Assembly: GCA_950097015.1 (NCBI GenBank)
Contig: CATNEN010000005.1
Span: forward strand, 3,658,001 to 3,722,000
From: Macrostomum hystrix
Lineage: Eukaryota > Animalia > Platyhelminthes
Direction of reading: 5' to 3'
DNA length: 64,000 nucleotides
Shown here: one piece after another, positions 27,898 to 39,846 of the stretch
Layout: every line of letters begins with the position of its first letter
Position numbering within the stretch: the first letter of the stretch is position 1
Made by a program: the position numbers and the translations under genes
Notes under the pieces: model-generated
Databases searched by the model: none
Told to the model about the DNA's origin: nothing
Seen by the model: the letters and a program-made list of their open reading frames with translations, nothing else

Positions 27898-28869
27898 GCT
27901 GCTAAAAGCTTCACTTACTATACAATAGCCAGTCACTTGTCACTCTCTGCTATGATTGTTGATTGCATGACAACATGACTCTGAGAATTTTGGTAACTAT
28001 ACTCTTTATACAATCCAAGACTTTCGAGTAGAGTAAATTACACGAAATAAAAGTTTGTGTTTTACTCTATCAGTGCAGTATCAAGAACCTACTATGTTCC
28101 CTTCCTTGCGAATAGTTAACCATATTATAGTAACAATAGCTCTATTAATCGCAGGGCTGTAGGCACTGGTACGAGTACATCATTTGGCGCAGAAGTAAGT
28201 TTTGCATCATTTGGTGACAGTACACCAACAAAATCAACGTGGAGGAAAAACTTCTCGAAATAAGTTCTCAGGGCACCTCGCTTCTGAGTGTAGGCGTTAT
28301 AAATATATTTTAGGGCGTGAACGAAAGCGAAAACACGTTGGGCGCAGGGATAAGGATGATAAAAGCGAGTGCCTTGAAATCACATAGTCAGTCCGCCAGA
28401 GCGGTGTACTCCTGCTGACCATGCTGAAGATTTAATTAAAAACTAACTCCGTTTATGTGAAATTAAATATTTTCGTTTCTGCATCGCTGCTAAAACTTCA
28501 CTAAATTTAAAATAGTCAGTCACTTGTCACTCTATTCTATAATTGTTGATTGCATTACAATTGCTTGACAACTTGACTCTTGTAATTCGGTAACTATACT
28601 CTCTACGAGCGAATATTGGTTGATAGCATGACATACTGACTCTGAGAATTCTGGTAACTATACTCTTAATACCATTCAATAATTTTGTGTAGAGTAAACA
28701 AGACATAATTAAAGTGTGTGCTTTACTTCATCACCTCTGCATCAGGAACTTATTAAGTTCTCTTCCTTGCGATTAATCGACCATAATAATATGGTAATAT
28801 TTATAGTTATAGGTATAATTATAGTAACAAAATAATATTGGAGGCTGCGGACACTGGTACATCATTTGG
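27898..28869 (+). repeat. Diverged direct repeat pair (27898-28187 and 28486-28869)
   Basis: Both start GCTGCTAAAA.CTTCACT...CAGTCACTTGTCACTCT...ATTGTTGATTGCAT...GACTCTGAGAATT.TGGTAACTATACTCTT and end CACTGGTAC...ATCATTTGG. Confidence 0.8.
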
Positions 28870-29389
28870 TTAGCCTATTCCCGCAGGCAGCGATGCAATT
28901 CCGCCAAACATAAACTATCATCCTCTTTTATCGAGGCGAAATGCAAGTCCGAGAATTAGACAAGATTTATACCTTAAAATATCTACGTTGCTCGGCTGAT
29001 CTGAAGTATCAGCAATACTTCAATCTAAATATCACAATGCCACAGACTTTTAATAGACAAGATTTATACCCGAAAATAATTAGCCCGCCTGATCTGAATT
29101 CTAAGCGAGAAACAGGCAAACAATATTTGAAACCAGCTAAGCTGCACCTTGATTTAAAAATGATGTTAGTTGCTAGACAGTGTTACAGAATGCGTTGTTC
29201 AGCTGCAACCGGCCATTGGGATTCCACTTGTATTTGTTTCTGTTCTGATATTATTTATCCTTGTCGGCAGCATTTGCTCCATGCTGTTCTGCCTTTCAAT
29301 CGCATTATGTTTAATTCAGCTGTTTTGCACAAACAAACAACAACAACAATAAAATGCGCTGTCAGGTAGAAAAAAGCAGAGTCACAGTG

Positions 29390-30415
29390 CACGCTTCAGA
29401 GCCTGGGCGCGAACACAGGCCGCACCGCCAGCATCGGGGCGCCAGCATCGGCCAGCAGGCAGTCGACGAAACGCCGAGTTCGGGCCTGGCCGCGCCGGTA
29501 GGGTGCCTGCAGCGTTAGCAGCAGCACCTCCTGCACCGGCTGCGGGCAGTAGGACTCGGCGCGGATGATGTGGCCTGCCAGCTGGAGTCGCCGAAGTCGC
29601 AGCAGTTCACTTGGACGGGCCAGGCCGGCGCGGCGATAGAGCGCCGCGTTAGCTATCCGCTCGTCGCTGATCTTAAAGGCGGCGCGCAGCAGGCCAGCAT
29701 GCGCCGCGTTGACTTGCTGTTCTAGCGAATCAGTCAGCGTCCAGGTCTCGGCGTTGTGCTACAGGACCGTCTCGACCACCGCCTTGAACAGCGCCGCCCT
29801 CTGGCGATCAGGTAGGGCCTCGGACTGCAGGACTGCCCTCATAGAACGAAAGCCAGCCCAAGCGTACCGGCGGCGACGCCGCAGATCTTCGCGGACGTCA
29901 GGTACCAGACCGCCGAGGTAGACGAACTGCTGACAGCGCGAAAGCTCCGTTACCTGCAGCCCGTCAGGGCCTCGGCAGAAAATTGCGGCATCGACGTCGC
30001 CCGGCACGCAGAGCACAACGGTCTTCCGGGTGTTGACCAACAGGCCGACACTCGCTGCAGTGCTGAACAGCTTGTCCAGCTGGCGTTGGGCGCCCTCTAC
30101 GGTCGAGGACAGCAGGGCGAGGTCATCGGCGTAGCCAAGCACGCTGAGCTGTTTCTTCGGTTGACGTCGACCCACGCGTCGCCGCAGTAGGAAGCCGTCT
30201 TCGTCGGTAGGAAGAGCAAATCGTAGCACCCAGTCAAGCACCAGGACGAACAGGAACGGCGCTAGTGTCCCCCTGGAGCACCCCGGAGTTATGTCTCGAA
30301 GGAGTCCTACAGGCCGTCCGGCGTCATCACAGCTGCTCTCGTAGCACAGTACAACGCCATGATGGCGGAGATCAGCTGTTCTAGCACATGGTACGCGCGG
30401 AGCACATGTGGGAGC
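29390..30415 (-). mobile_element. 5'-truncated, inactivated non-LTR retrotransposon (RTE-like) reverse transcriptase fragment
   Basis: GVLQG..LAPFLFVLVLDW...LGYADDLALLS...GLLVNTRKT...FVYLGG...AW...LFKAVVETVL*(Y)NAETWTLT...RRLQLAGH. Has an in-frame TAG at about 29759 and a frameshift near 30270. Confidence 0.88.
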
Positions 30416-30837
30416 CCAACCCTCGCAATAAGCTAATTTAAGCTCGAACGCACCCTGAGTTATCTATTCACAGAATTTCATGCTTCCTATTACTACAACT
30501 CTGTTTATAACAGAGCGAGTGTATTTATAAATAAAAATACAAATCCAGTCGCAGCCAAGCCTTGCAATACAATTACAATTCTGGATGTCAGATAAATTGT
30601 TTTACGTAACGGCGTGGAGAAAAAATTTATTTTAACCGGTCCTTTTCCTCGAAATTTGGCTTTGCACAGACAAGATTGCCTGAATATAACCTGCGTCTAT
30701 CTATTTAAGTATACTCATTTAACACTCTGAATATGGTGATATTAAGCGATTGATTTCTTTCTGAGTGCTTATCAACGAGTAATTTTGGCACTCAGTAAAG
30801 TTAGATTTTTAGCAAAATTTAGATTTTGGACATTATA

Positions 30838-33800
30838 ATGGAATTCGAAAGTTTTGGTTTAAACGCGGCACTGTTAAGTGTAAGTAAAATCTGCCATGCC
30901 TGGTAGACATTGTTTTTAGGACATCGTTTTTTGGAATTTAAGATAGTAGATTTATTTAGGCTAACAAAGACAATGATTACAAATTACTGAAATTTAGAAA
31001 GAAAACAAAATGAACTTTAAATGTATGGCTATTTTATGCGATAGGAGACTACAGATCAGCCCTTTGTGTAGCTTATATATTGCTAAGATGTATATTAGCT
31101 ACACATACTTAAATCTGATTGTATTATGCAATTTTGGGAATTTTGAAATACCTAGACTTAGACTTCATGTTTAATGAATTCTGGTTGTTTTGGCCACAAG
31201 CAAATTGGGCATTAATCATTTTGGCCCACATCACATGCTGTAATTTGGCAAATTTAATGCTCTTTTCCATTGGGTCCTTGTGCATACTATCATTTACTCT
31301 TAAATTATTTAATTGTTTAACACTTTATTAAATCACATGAAACTTTATAAGTAAAATTTCAAATACATTTTTACATAATAGTTATGATATCCATAACGGT
31401 CCTAGGTCATTTTGGTAACAAGACATTTCGGTGACAGTCATTTCGGTGACAACTCAAGTCATTTCAGTGACACAATTGGTCAGATTGGTGACAACTATTT
31501 TTGTACCTAAATATGCTAAAAAACAGCCTTCCATTTTAACTATGCACACATATAAAGTATTAATTAAATAATGTTATAAATAATCAAAAGCTGCATCGCT
31601 CTGATTAAGTCTGGGTTTTACTTTAAATAAGTTAAATTATTAAATTTTTTAATGAGTATCAATAGTTTCAATTGTTATTCATTCCTAATTAAATGTGTAT
31701 AATAATCATTTTTCAAGTTTTGGATTGACAAGGCAAGTGCAGGCTATAAGCAGCTACTGGATCGTGGAAGGCTGTTTTCTTTGGATATTTTTTTAGGATA
31801 TTTAGGTGCAAAAATAGTTGTCACCAAACTGACCAATTCTGTCACCAAAATGACCTGGGACCTTCATAACTACACAGTGTATGTAGGCCTACTTAAAACG
31901 CTAGGTAAAGGACTGCCAAATACTAAATAATTTCATTGCAAATAATTGTAAACATTTGTAGTTAAACTACTGAATGTCAACTACTTTACAAATAATTAGT
32001 CTAATTCATCTAATAACAAAAACTTTAAATTTTAAGTAAAATATATATTATTGATAAAATCTTACATTTTTTTACAGGGTCAAATCAGTTAGAGGCCAAA
32101 ATGGTTATGGCTGAAAATGATTGTGGCCAAAACAACTGGCTACCCAAAAGTCTGGATTATTTAGTGCATGCCAGAATTTGTTTTGGCCAGATATATATGG
32201 CATTAGTCAATTGTGTTAAAAAGGGTGTCCCAAAAAGGGTAACACTTTGTGCGCTCACTGTGAGTGAGCAGTTAGGCCTATTGCCCAGTAATTTAACAGG
32301 TCTACAGTAAACATTTTTGAGTTTTTCCCACAAAATTTGGTTACGAAAAATTGCTCTAGAGGTGAGTTATTGAGCACAGAAGTGTTCGCTAGCTTTTCTG
32401 CCAAGCTTTGCCTACACAGCTGCCATAGACAATCTTTTGCTTTAAAATATCTTAAGGAGCTTAGACTCTGAGATGGTGTGAGGTCAAATGCCAGTTTATT
32501 TGAATAAAAATGGAGCATAAAGCAAACATGTAATGCAAACAAGGATAAACAACAACGTACAGTGAGCATAGCATTATGGTGTTCATAAAATTTTATCTGT
32601 GTCTCAAATGATACCCATCATTTTCAATGCACTCATGGAGCCAACCAAAGAAGTCATTTGTGGCATTGTGGACAGCATCCATCCAGTTCTGCCAAATCCA
32701 ATCAAAAGCTTGAACAATGGATGCATTCAGATGATGTAAAAAAAAAACTTTTGCACCAGTTGATGAACATTCTTCTTTGTGCAAAGAGGAATGGCTGCAG
32801 CAATTGGTTGAGCATTTTGCCAAGTGTCAAACTGTCTCGAAGCAGCTGTGACACTCTCTCCATTTTGGTAATAGCGCTGGATGATCCGAAGACGCGTTTC
32901 TTCTTCAAACTTACAGGCCATTGACGGTTTCTGAACTATGCAGCTGCTATGGTCCATGGGAAATTTTAACATTTGATCAGTCTCAGAGTCTATACATGCT
33001 CTGTCATTTTATTATGCAAAAGATTGTCTATGGCCTCCATCTATGGCAAAGCTTAGCAGAGAAGCTAGCGTACACTTACAAGCTCAAAAGATCAATAGCG
33101 ATTTTTCAAATAAACTGGCATTTGACCACACACCGTCTCAGAGTCTAAGCTCCTTAAGATATTTTAAAGCAATAGATTGTCTATGGCAGCTGTGTAGGCA
33201 AAGCTTGGCAGAAAAGCTAGCATACACTTCTGTGCTCAATAACTCGCCTCTAGAGCAATCTTTTGTTACCAAATTTTTGTGGGGAAAACTTACAAATGTT
33301 TACTGTAGACCTGTTAAATTACTGGGCTATAGGCCTAACTGCTCACTCACAGTGAGCGCACAAAGTGTTACCTTTTTTGGGACACCCGTTATTTGGTTTT
33401 TTTGAATGTTAAAATTATGGCCACAGTTAACTTTGGCCATAAAAAAATAGCAATAGAAAAATGTTCTTTGTTCTCTTAGTTTTTTCTTTGTGTTTATATT
33501 CTGATATATATTCAATATTTTTTACTTAAAAGACTTCAGCTTATAGATCAGGCCTAATAAGACTCATATAGATAGAGCCAATATTTTCATACAGATTTTT
33601 TTTACTTATTGCCGTTTCAAACAAGTATGTGCAATTTTTCATGTAATCTATGAAAGGAGTTATATGAAAACAATTTTTATTATAACACTGTTTTTAGTTT
33701 TTTGTGAGGTTCATATCCCTGTATACTTTATGCAAGCTAATACTGTTTTTCTGTTGTGTATGTAGGCTACCTAGATTTCCCAACTCTGATCTTATGTAGC

Positions 33801-36800
33801 TATATACGCAATGGCTTTGCTCTAAAATTTAATGTAATACAGTTTTTTATAAGATTATGCTGCATATTTAGTAATTCAAGACCTGGGTTTGTAGCCAATT
33901 AGTTGGAATGTTAGAATCACAACTTGAATATCAGTGGTTTTATTCCTGAATTCACAAGAACAATTAGTACTTTAGCAATTGACTTTAAAACTAGGTATTG
34001 CTTCAGTGCAATTAAACTTCTGAATTGATACTTGTAATTATTATTAAAGTGCGCACACTGATTGGGTGCTGATTTTTGTTTATTTGATTTTGGTAACAAG
34101 ACTGAACGATTCGATTTAAAAAAGGTGATAGAAAAACAGTAGCATGCATAAGATTAATTGTAGGTGAATAAAATATTTGAAATTTGTTAAACAAAGGCAT
34201 TAAAAAGTTATTAATATTGAATTTTAGAGTTTGCATGAAAGACAAGGATTTTCTTCGCTTGAATAAATTTATATGTAAATCTATGTGTACACCACAGGCC
34301 ATATCTGACTTGCACTGGTTGGAGCCAACTGAGATTCAGCGGCACGTGATTCCGCTAGTTCTAGACGGCAAAAATGTTCTAGCCTGGGCGCGCACTGGCA
34401 GCGGTAAGACTGGCGCCTTCGCTGTGCCCATTGTGGAGAAGATACTACAGATAAAAACTGTGAGTTTACTTAGGATTAAAGAATTACATTGATTATTTTC
34501 ACTTTTATGAATCCAACCGCCCCTTTTTAGAATCTATCCGCCCCTTTTTAGAATCCATCCGCCCCTTTTTAGAATCCATCCGCCCCTTTTTAGAATCCAT
34601 CCGCCCCTTTTTAGAATCCATCCGCCCCTTTTTAGAATCCATCCGCCCCTTTTTAGAATCTATCCGCCCCTTTTTAGAATCTATTCGCCCCTTTTTAGAA
34701 TCTATCCGCCCCTTTTTAAGAATCCATCCGCCCCCATTTAAGAACCCATCCACCCATCCTAAATTTCCATCCGCCCCTCCTAAAATTCCATCCGCCCCTC
34801 CAAATGATCCCTCCGCCCCTCCTAAGGATCCATCCGCCCTCCTAATGTTCCATCCGCCCCTCCTAATGTTCCATCCACCCCTCCTAATGATCTATCCGCC
34901 CCTCCTAAGAATTCTCCCGACTCTATATGCCTACTCAAAACCACAGGCCCTACCAGAAGACTCACCGGAGCGAGTCGGCACTCGAGCCGTAGTCCTGGCT
35001 CCCACTAAGGAGCTGTGCTCTCAAGCTGCTTCAGCTGTTTGCCAACTGACGGCATATTGTTCTCGCCTAATTCGTTGCATAGACGCGTCGGCTCATTCTA
35101 GTACAGACATTCTTAGGCCTCAGCTGTTAGAGAGGCCTGATATTGTTGTCGGTACGCCTAGTAGCTTGTTAGCCCACATCAATGCCGGAAGTTTAACACT
35201 AGAATCCGACAGGTTAATGACAGTTGTTGTCGACGAAGCCGACCTAGTGTTTAGCTTCGGTTACGAAGCCGATTTTAAACAATTGCGATCTCTAATGCCG
35301 GCCAAATTTCAAGCCATCCTAGTATCGGCCACGCTGGGCAGCGGAGATGTGAAACGATTGAGAAAGTCGCTACTCAAAGCCGGAGTTTGGAGTCGAGTAG
35401 AGCTGACGGAATCAACCCTGTTACCTGGACCGGAACAGCTCGTGCAGTATGCTGTACGCTGTTCAGAGGAGGACAGGTGAGATTCTACAACAGGATCCTT
35501 TGGTGACACTAGACCTGTAGCCCTATCTCGCTGACTCCTGAGCACACACGCTCATACTGCTGTGTACATCTGCCCTGACTTTCTCATCGTCAGTCAGTGT
35601 ACACTCTCACTGTGCCTTGGAGGTTGGCCCTCAAAGGCGTAAATTGCATGCGACAACAAGCCACCTCGAATGTGGCCTCGCCGCGGAATCGTGCTCAGGA
35701 ACCTAGGCGCGATTGGTCTAATGACTCTAATTAGTTTAAATATTTCGATAAAAGTTTTTTTAGTTAAGCTGTTAATTATTTTCTAGCACATTTGAATCAA
35801 TGTGGTGGTCTGACCTCCCCTATTTCCGGCCGAGAGGTCGTGAGTTCGAATCGGAAGAATTTTGTGGCTTTTACGTACATACACCTTATCTAACAATGAG
35901 ATCCACACGCACAACATTTTCTTTCACAAAGAAATCACAGAGAAAAAATTCACACAAAAGATTTCATACTTTTTACACAATTCTTACTGCTCAACTGTTA
36001 TTTTTTCTGACCTCGTGTCCACTTGGGAACTAAGCAAATATTTCTTTTGGGAGTGAAGATTTAGATTTCCTGTATTATTTTCCTAAGCGAAGCTTTAGGA
36101 TTAATCCTCTCAGTCTAATTCCTTCAAAGCATAGCACCCACGCACAAATGTTTCCCACTAAAAAACTGTTTTTTAAGATATCTTTATCGTTATGGGCTCA
36201 AATCGCATCAACGACTTTAATTGTAAAAAAATCTAAATTTGTTTATATAGCTGGAATCGCAGCGATAGCCATAAATGTAGCTGGAATCGCAACAGGAACC
36301 ATAAATGTAGCTGGAATCGCAACAGGAACCATAAATGTAGCTGGAATCGCAACAGGAAACATAAATGTAGCTGGAATCGCAGCAGGAAACATAAATGTAG
36401 CTGGAATCGCAGCAGGAAACATAAATGTAGCTGGAATCGCAACAGGAAACATAAATGTAGCTGGAATCGCAACAGGAACCATAAATGTAGCTGGAATCGC
36501 AACAGGAAACATAAATGTAGCTGGAATCGCAACAGGAAACATAAATGTAGCTGGAATCGCAACAGGAACCATAAATGTAGCTGGAATCGCAACAGGAAAC
36601 ATAAATGTAGCTGGAATCGCAACAGGAACCATAAATGTAGCTGGAATCGCAACAGGAACCATAAATGTAGCTGGAATCGCAACAGGAACCATAAATGTAG
36701 CTGGAATCGCAACAGGAACCATAAATGTAGCTGGAATCGCAACAGGAAACATAAATGTAGCTGGAATCGCAACAGGAACCATAAATGTAGCTGGAATCGC

Positions 36801-39349
36801 AACAGGAAACATAAATGTAGCTGGAATCGCAACAGGAACCATAAATGTAGCTGGAATCGCAACAGGAACCATAAATGTAGCTGGAATCGCAACAGGAACC
36901 ATAAATGTAGCTGGAATCGCAACAGGAACCATAAATGTAGCTGGAATCGCAACAGGAAACATAAATGTAGCTGGAATCGCAACAGGAACCATAAATGTAG
37001 CTGGAATCGCAACAGGAAACATAAATGTAGCTGGAATCGCAACAGGAACCATAAATGTAGCTGGAATCGCAACAGGAAACATAAATGTAGCTGGAATCGC
37101 AACAGGAACCATAAATGTAGCTGGAATCGCAACAGGAACCATAAATGTAGCTGGAATCGCAACAGGAAACATAAATGTAGCTGGAATCGCAGCAGGAAAC
37201 ATAAATGTAGCTGGAATCGCAGCAGGAAACATAAATGTAGCTGGAATCGCAACAGGAAACATAAATGTAGCTGGAATCGCAGCAGGAAACATAAATGTAG
37301 CTGGAATCGCAGCAGGAACCATAAATATAGCTGGAATCGCAACAGGAAACATAAATGTAGCAGGTATCGAAGTAGTCAAGCGTTTTAGTATTCTCAACAG
37401 TCTCTAATTTAATTGATCAATCTTTAGATTCGTTCTGCTCTACTCGCTAATCAAACTGCGCCTAATTCGCGGCAAATCGCTAGTGTTCGTCAACACAGTG
37501 GATCGCGGCTATCGCGTTAGACTATTTCTAGAACAGTTCGGAATTCGTTCCGTATTGCTAAACGCTGAATTGCCTCTAGCAACTCGTTGTCACGTTGTTC
37601 AACAGTTCAACAAAGGCCTATACGATATTTTGATCGCTTCTGATCGAAGCTTCTCGGATGGCGACGATCCGGATGAGGGCGACAGCGAGCCGAAGAAGAA
37701 GCGTCCGCGTCAACGTCAGCAGGCTGGCGGAGATCGAGAATTCGGCGTGTCGCGCGGTGTCGACTTTCAACTGGTCAGCAACGTCATCAACTTCGACTTG
37801 CCAGCCTCGGCCAAGGCTTACGTTCATCGAGTCGGCCGGACTTCTCGAGCCGGTCAGCAAGGCACCGCGCTGTCGTTTGTATCTGGCGAGGCTGGCGAAG
37901 CTGATAAACTAGCCAGGATTGAAGCCCTCGTTGGGCAGCAGCTGAAGCCGTTTCAGTTTCGCATGGAAGAATTGGATGGGTTTCGGTATGGCTTTCTGCT
38001 GGATAAAAGTACTTTTTTCTGCTTTTTTAGCCTGTCCTTCATACTTCATTTGACCACTCCTTCAGTACATATTTATCCTCATCAGTATCAATTTATCCCC
38101 TTCAGTATCGATTTATCCCCTTCAGTATCAATTTATCCCCTTCAGTATCGATTTATCCCCTTCAGTATCAATTTATCCCCTTCAGTATCGATTTATCCCC
38201 TTCAGGATCCATTTATCCCCTTCAGTATCCATTTATCCCCTTCAGGATCCATTTATCCTCTTCAGGATCCATTTATCCCCTTAAGTAATTAATTTACCTT
38301 TTCAGTGATTATTTATCCCGTTCAGTATCCATTTATCCCCTTCGGTATCCATTTATCCCCTTGACTATACATTTATCTTCTTGAGTATCCATTTATCCCC
38401 TTCAGTATCAATTTATCCCCTTCAGTATCGATTTATCCCCTTCATTATCGATTTATCCCCTTCAGTATCAATTTATTCCCTTCAGTATCGATTTATCCCC
38501 TTCGGTATCCATTTATCCCCTTGACTATACATTTATCTTCTTGAGTATCCATTTATCCCCCTCAGGATCCATTTACCCTCGTTTTGTATCGAACTATTCC
38601 CAGCAGTATCGATTTATCCCCTTAAGCATGTACTGATACTCTTCTGGATTTATTTATCCCCTTCAGTATTGATTTATCCCCCTTCCATTATCCCTTATGT
38701 CTTTATTTACCTTCCGACCTAAGTACAGCATTTGTATGGGCTATTTTGATTTACCTTGGCATATTCGCATTTCAACACCAGCTATCGAGCTCGCGACGCG
38801 ATGCGTGCGGTGACCAGTGCGGCTGTGCGGGAGTCTCGCATCAGGGAAATCCGCCAGGAGCTGCTTAACTCGGCCAAGTTGCGCGCCCACTTTGCTGATA
38901 ATCCGCGCGATTTGCACCTGTTGCGACACGACAAAGAGTTGCACACGGCTAAAGTGCAGGCTCACCTGCGTCACGTGCCTGAGTACATTGTGCCTGAGGC
39001 GTTGCGCGGCGTTGTCGCCGGCAGCGGCGGCGGCGGTCAACGGCGTCGAAGAAGGAATCCTCGATTTGGCGGCAGTGGCGGCGCTGGCAAGGATATCAAA
39101 GGCGGCGGCACTGATAAGGAGATCAAAGGCGGCGGCAGTGGCGGCACTGATAAGGAGATCAAAGGCGGCCGCGGCGGAGGTGGAGGTGGAGGCGGCGGCA
39201 AGCCATCAATGCCAATGACCGCAGATCAAAGGCGCCGACAGCGCAAAGCAGCGGATCCTTTGTACTCGGCTAAGGCCGCGCTGCAGCTCGGACAACGCGG
39301 CGGCGGCAGAAAGCGACATCAAAGAAAGCCGGCAAAGACGGCGAAATAA
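30838..39349 (+). CDS. DDX56: ATP-dependent RNA helicase DDX56 (Dbp9): exons 30838-30879, 34298-34459, 34947-35476, 37428-37985, 38782-39349
   Basis: [14 protein letters not shown]|[75 protein letters not shown]|[19 protein letters not shown]. All introns are GT-AG with compatible phases. Exon 1 is missed by the ORF track. Confidence 0.95.
31398..31862. mobile_element. MITE with long TIRs and near-perfect 8-bp TSD (DDX56 intron 1)
   Basis: Left end GGTCCTAGGTCATTTTGGTAACA...GGTGACAACTATTTTTGTACCTAAATAT...CAGCCTTCCA mirrors the right end ...TGTCACCAAAATGACCTGGGACC. Flanks are TCCATAAC (31390-31397) and TTCATAAC (31863-31870). Confidence 0.85.
32221..33389 (-). mobile_element. Internally deleted Tc1/mariner-family element with ~290-bp TIRs (DDX56 intron 1)
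   Basis: TIRs begin GGGTGTCCCAAAAA (about 32223-32510 and 33101-33387) near TA dinucleotides. The internal minus strand encodes an N-terminal HTH (ATG 32921: [31 protein letters not shown]) joined to a C-terminal remnant (..[12 protein letters not shown]), with no DD(D/E) core. Confidence 0.85.
34510..34905. repeat. 21-bp minisatellite (GCCCCTTTTTAGAATCCATCC), DDX56 intron 2
   Basis: Direct reading. Degenerates toward the 3' end. Confidence 0.95.
35537..35712 (-). mobile_element. tRNA-derived SINE, family A, copy 2 (5'-truncated), DDX56 intron 3
   Basis: GTACATCTGCCCTGACTTTCTCATCGTCAG.CAGTGTACAC...AATGTGGCCTCGCCGCGGAATCG.GCTCAGG is the reverse complement of copy 1. Confidence 0.75.
35800..35856 (+). 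other. Degenerate tRNA-like (probable SINE) head
   Basis: GAGGTCGTGAGTTCGAATC is a good B-box/T-arm. The A-box and acceptor stem are poor. Confidence 0.35.
36245..37370. repeat. 30-bp minisatellite (ATAAATGTAGCTGGAATCGCAACAGGAA[A/C]C), ~37 copies, DDX56 intron 3
   Basis: Near-perfect 30-bp period visible in line alignment. Confidence 0.98.
38065..38700. repeat. 20-bp minisatellite (TTCAGTATCGATTTATCCCC), DDX56 intron 4
   Basis: Direct reading. Confidence 0.95.
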
Positions 39350-39846
39350 ATTGGGAAGCGCAACAAGAACTCTAATTGTTTTTTGTTTGAGCAGTACGAC
39401 TAGAATTTGGTTTGTATTCTCTAATTGAGAAATTATCCTAACAAAATTATCCATCTTAACAAAACGCTTCCTTCGAAATCCTGACAATAATGGATAGGTT
39501 GGCCAATTAAAAGTCAATTCGATTTGAAATACAATGTCCAGAGTGTGCGGCATTTATTGTTTAAATAAAAACTCGTTGTTTGTCTAAGAATGAGGATCAT
39601 TTTTTACAACCTTTTTTAACGTATTTTAGACTGTGTTTTAAAAGGAGCTTGAGGTCTAGGGCTGGAAATTTGTATCATCAAAGAAGAAACTTTATTTATA
39701 GCTGTGCGCAGCTCTTTGGACTAGAATAGGTGTAATTTCTATTCTAGAATCGCTGTTGATGTTTTAATTGAAGGTTCATTTAATTAAATAACATTTCCAG
39801 TTGAAGAACAGACAACAATCTGAAGATCGTCTAGCAATGCGCAATC

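Noticed and set aside
36148-37407. 419-aa [10 protein letters not shown] repeat protein (beta-helix/antifreeze-like)
   Set aside because: It lies within DDX56 intron 3, the 30-bp unit is open in several frames on both strands, and it has no splice connection.
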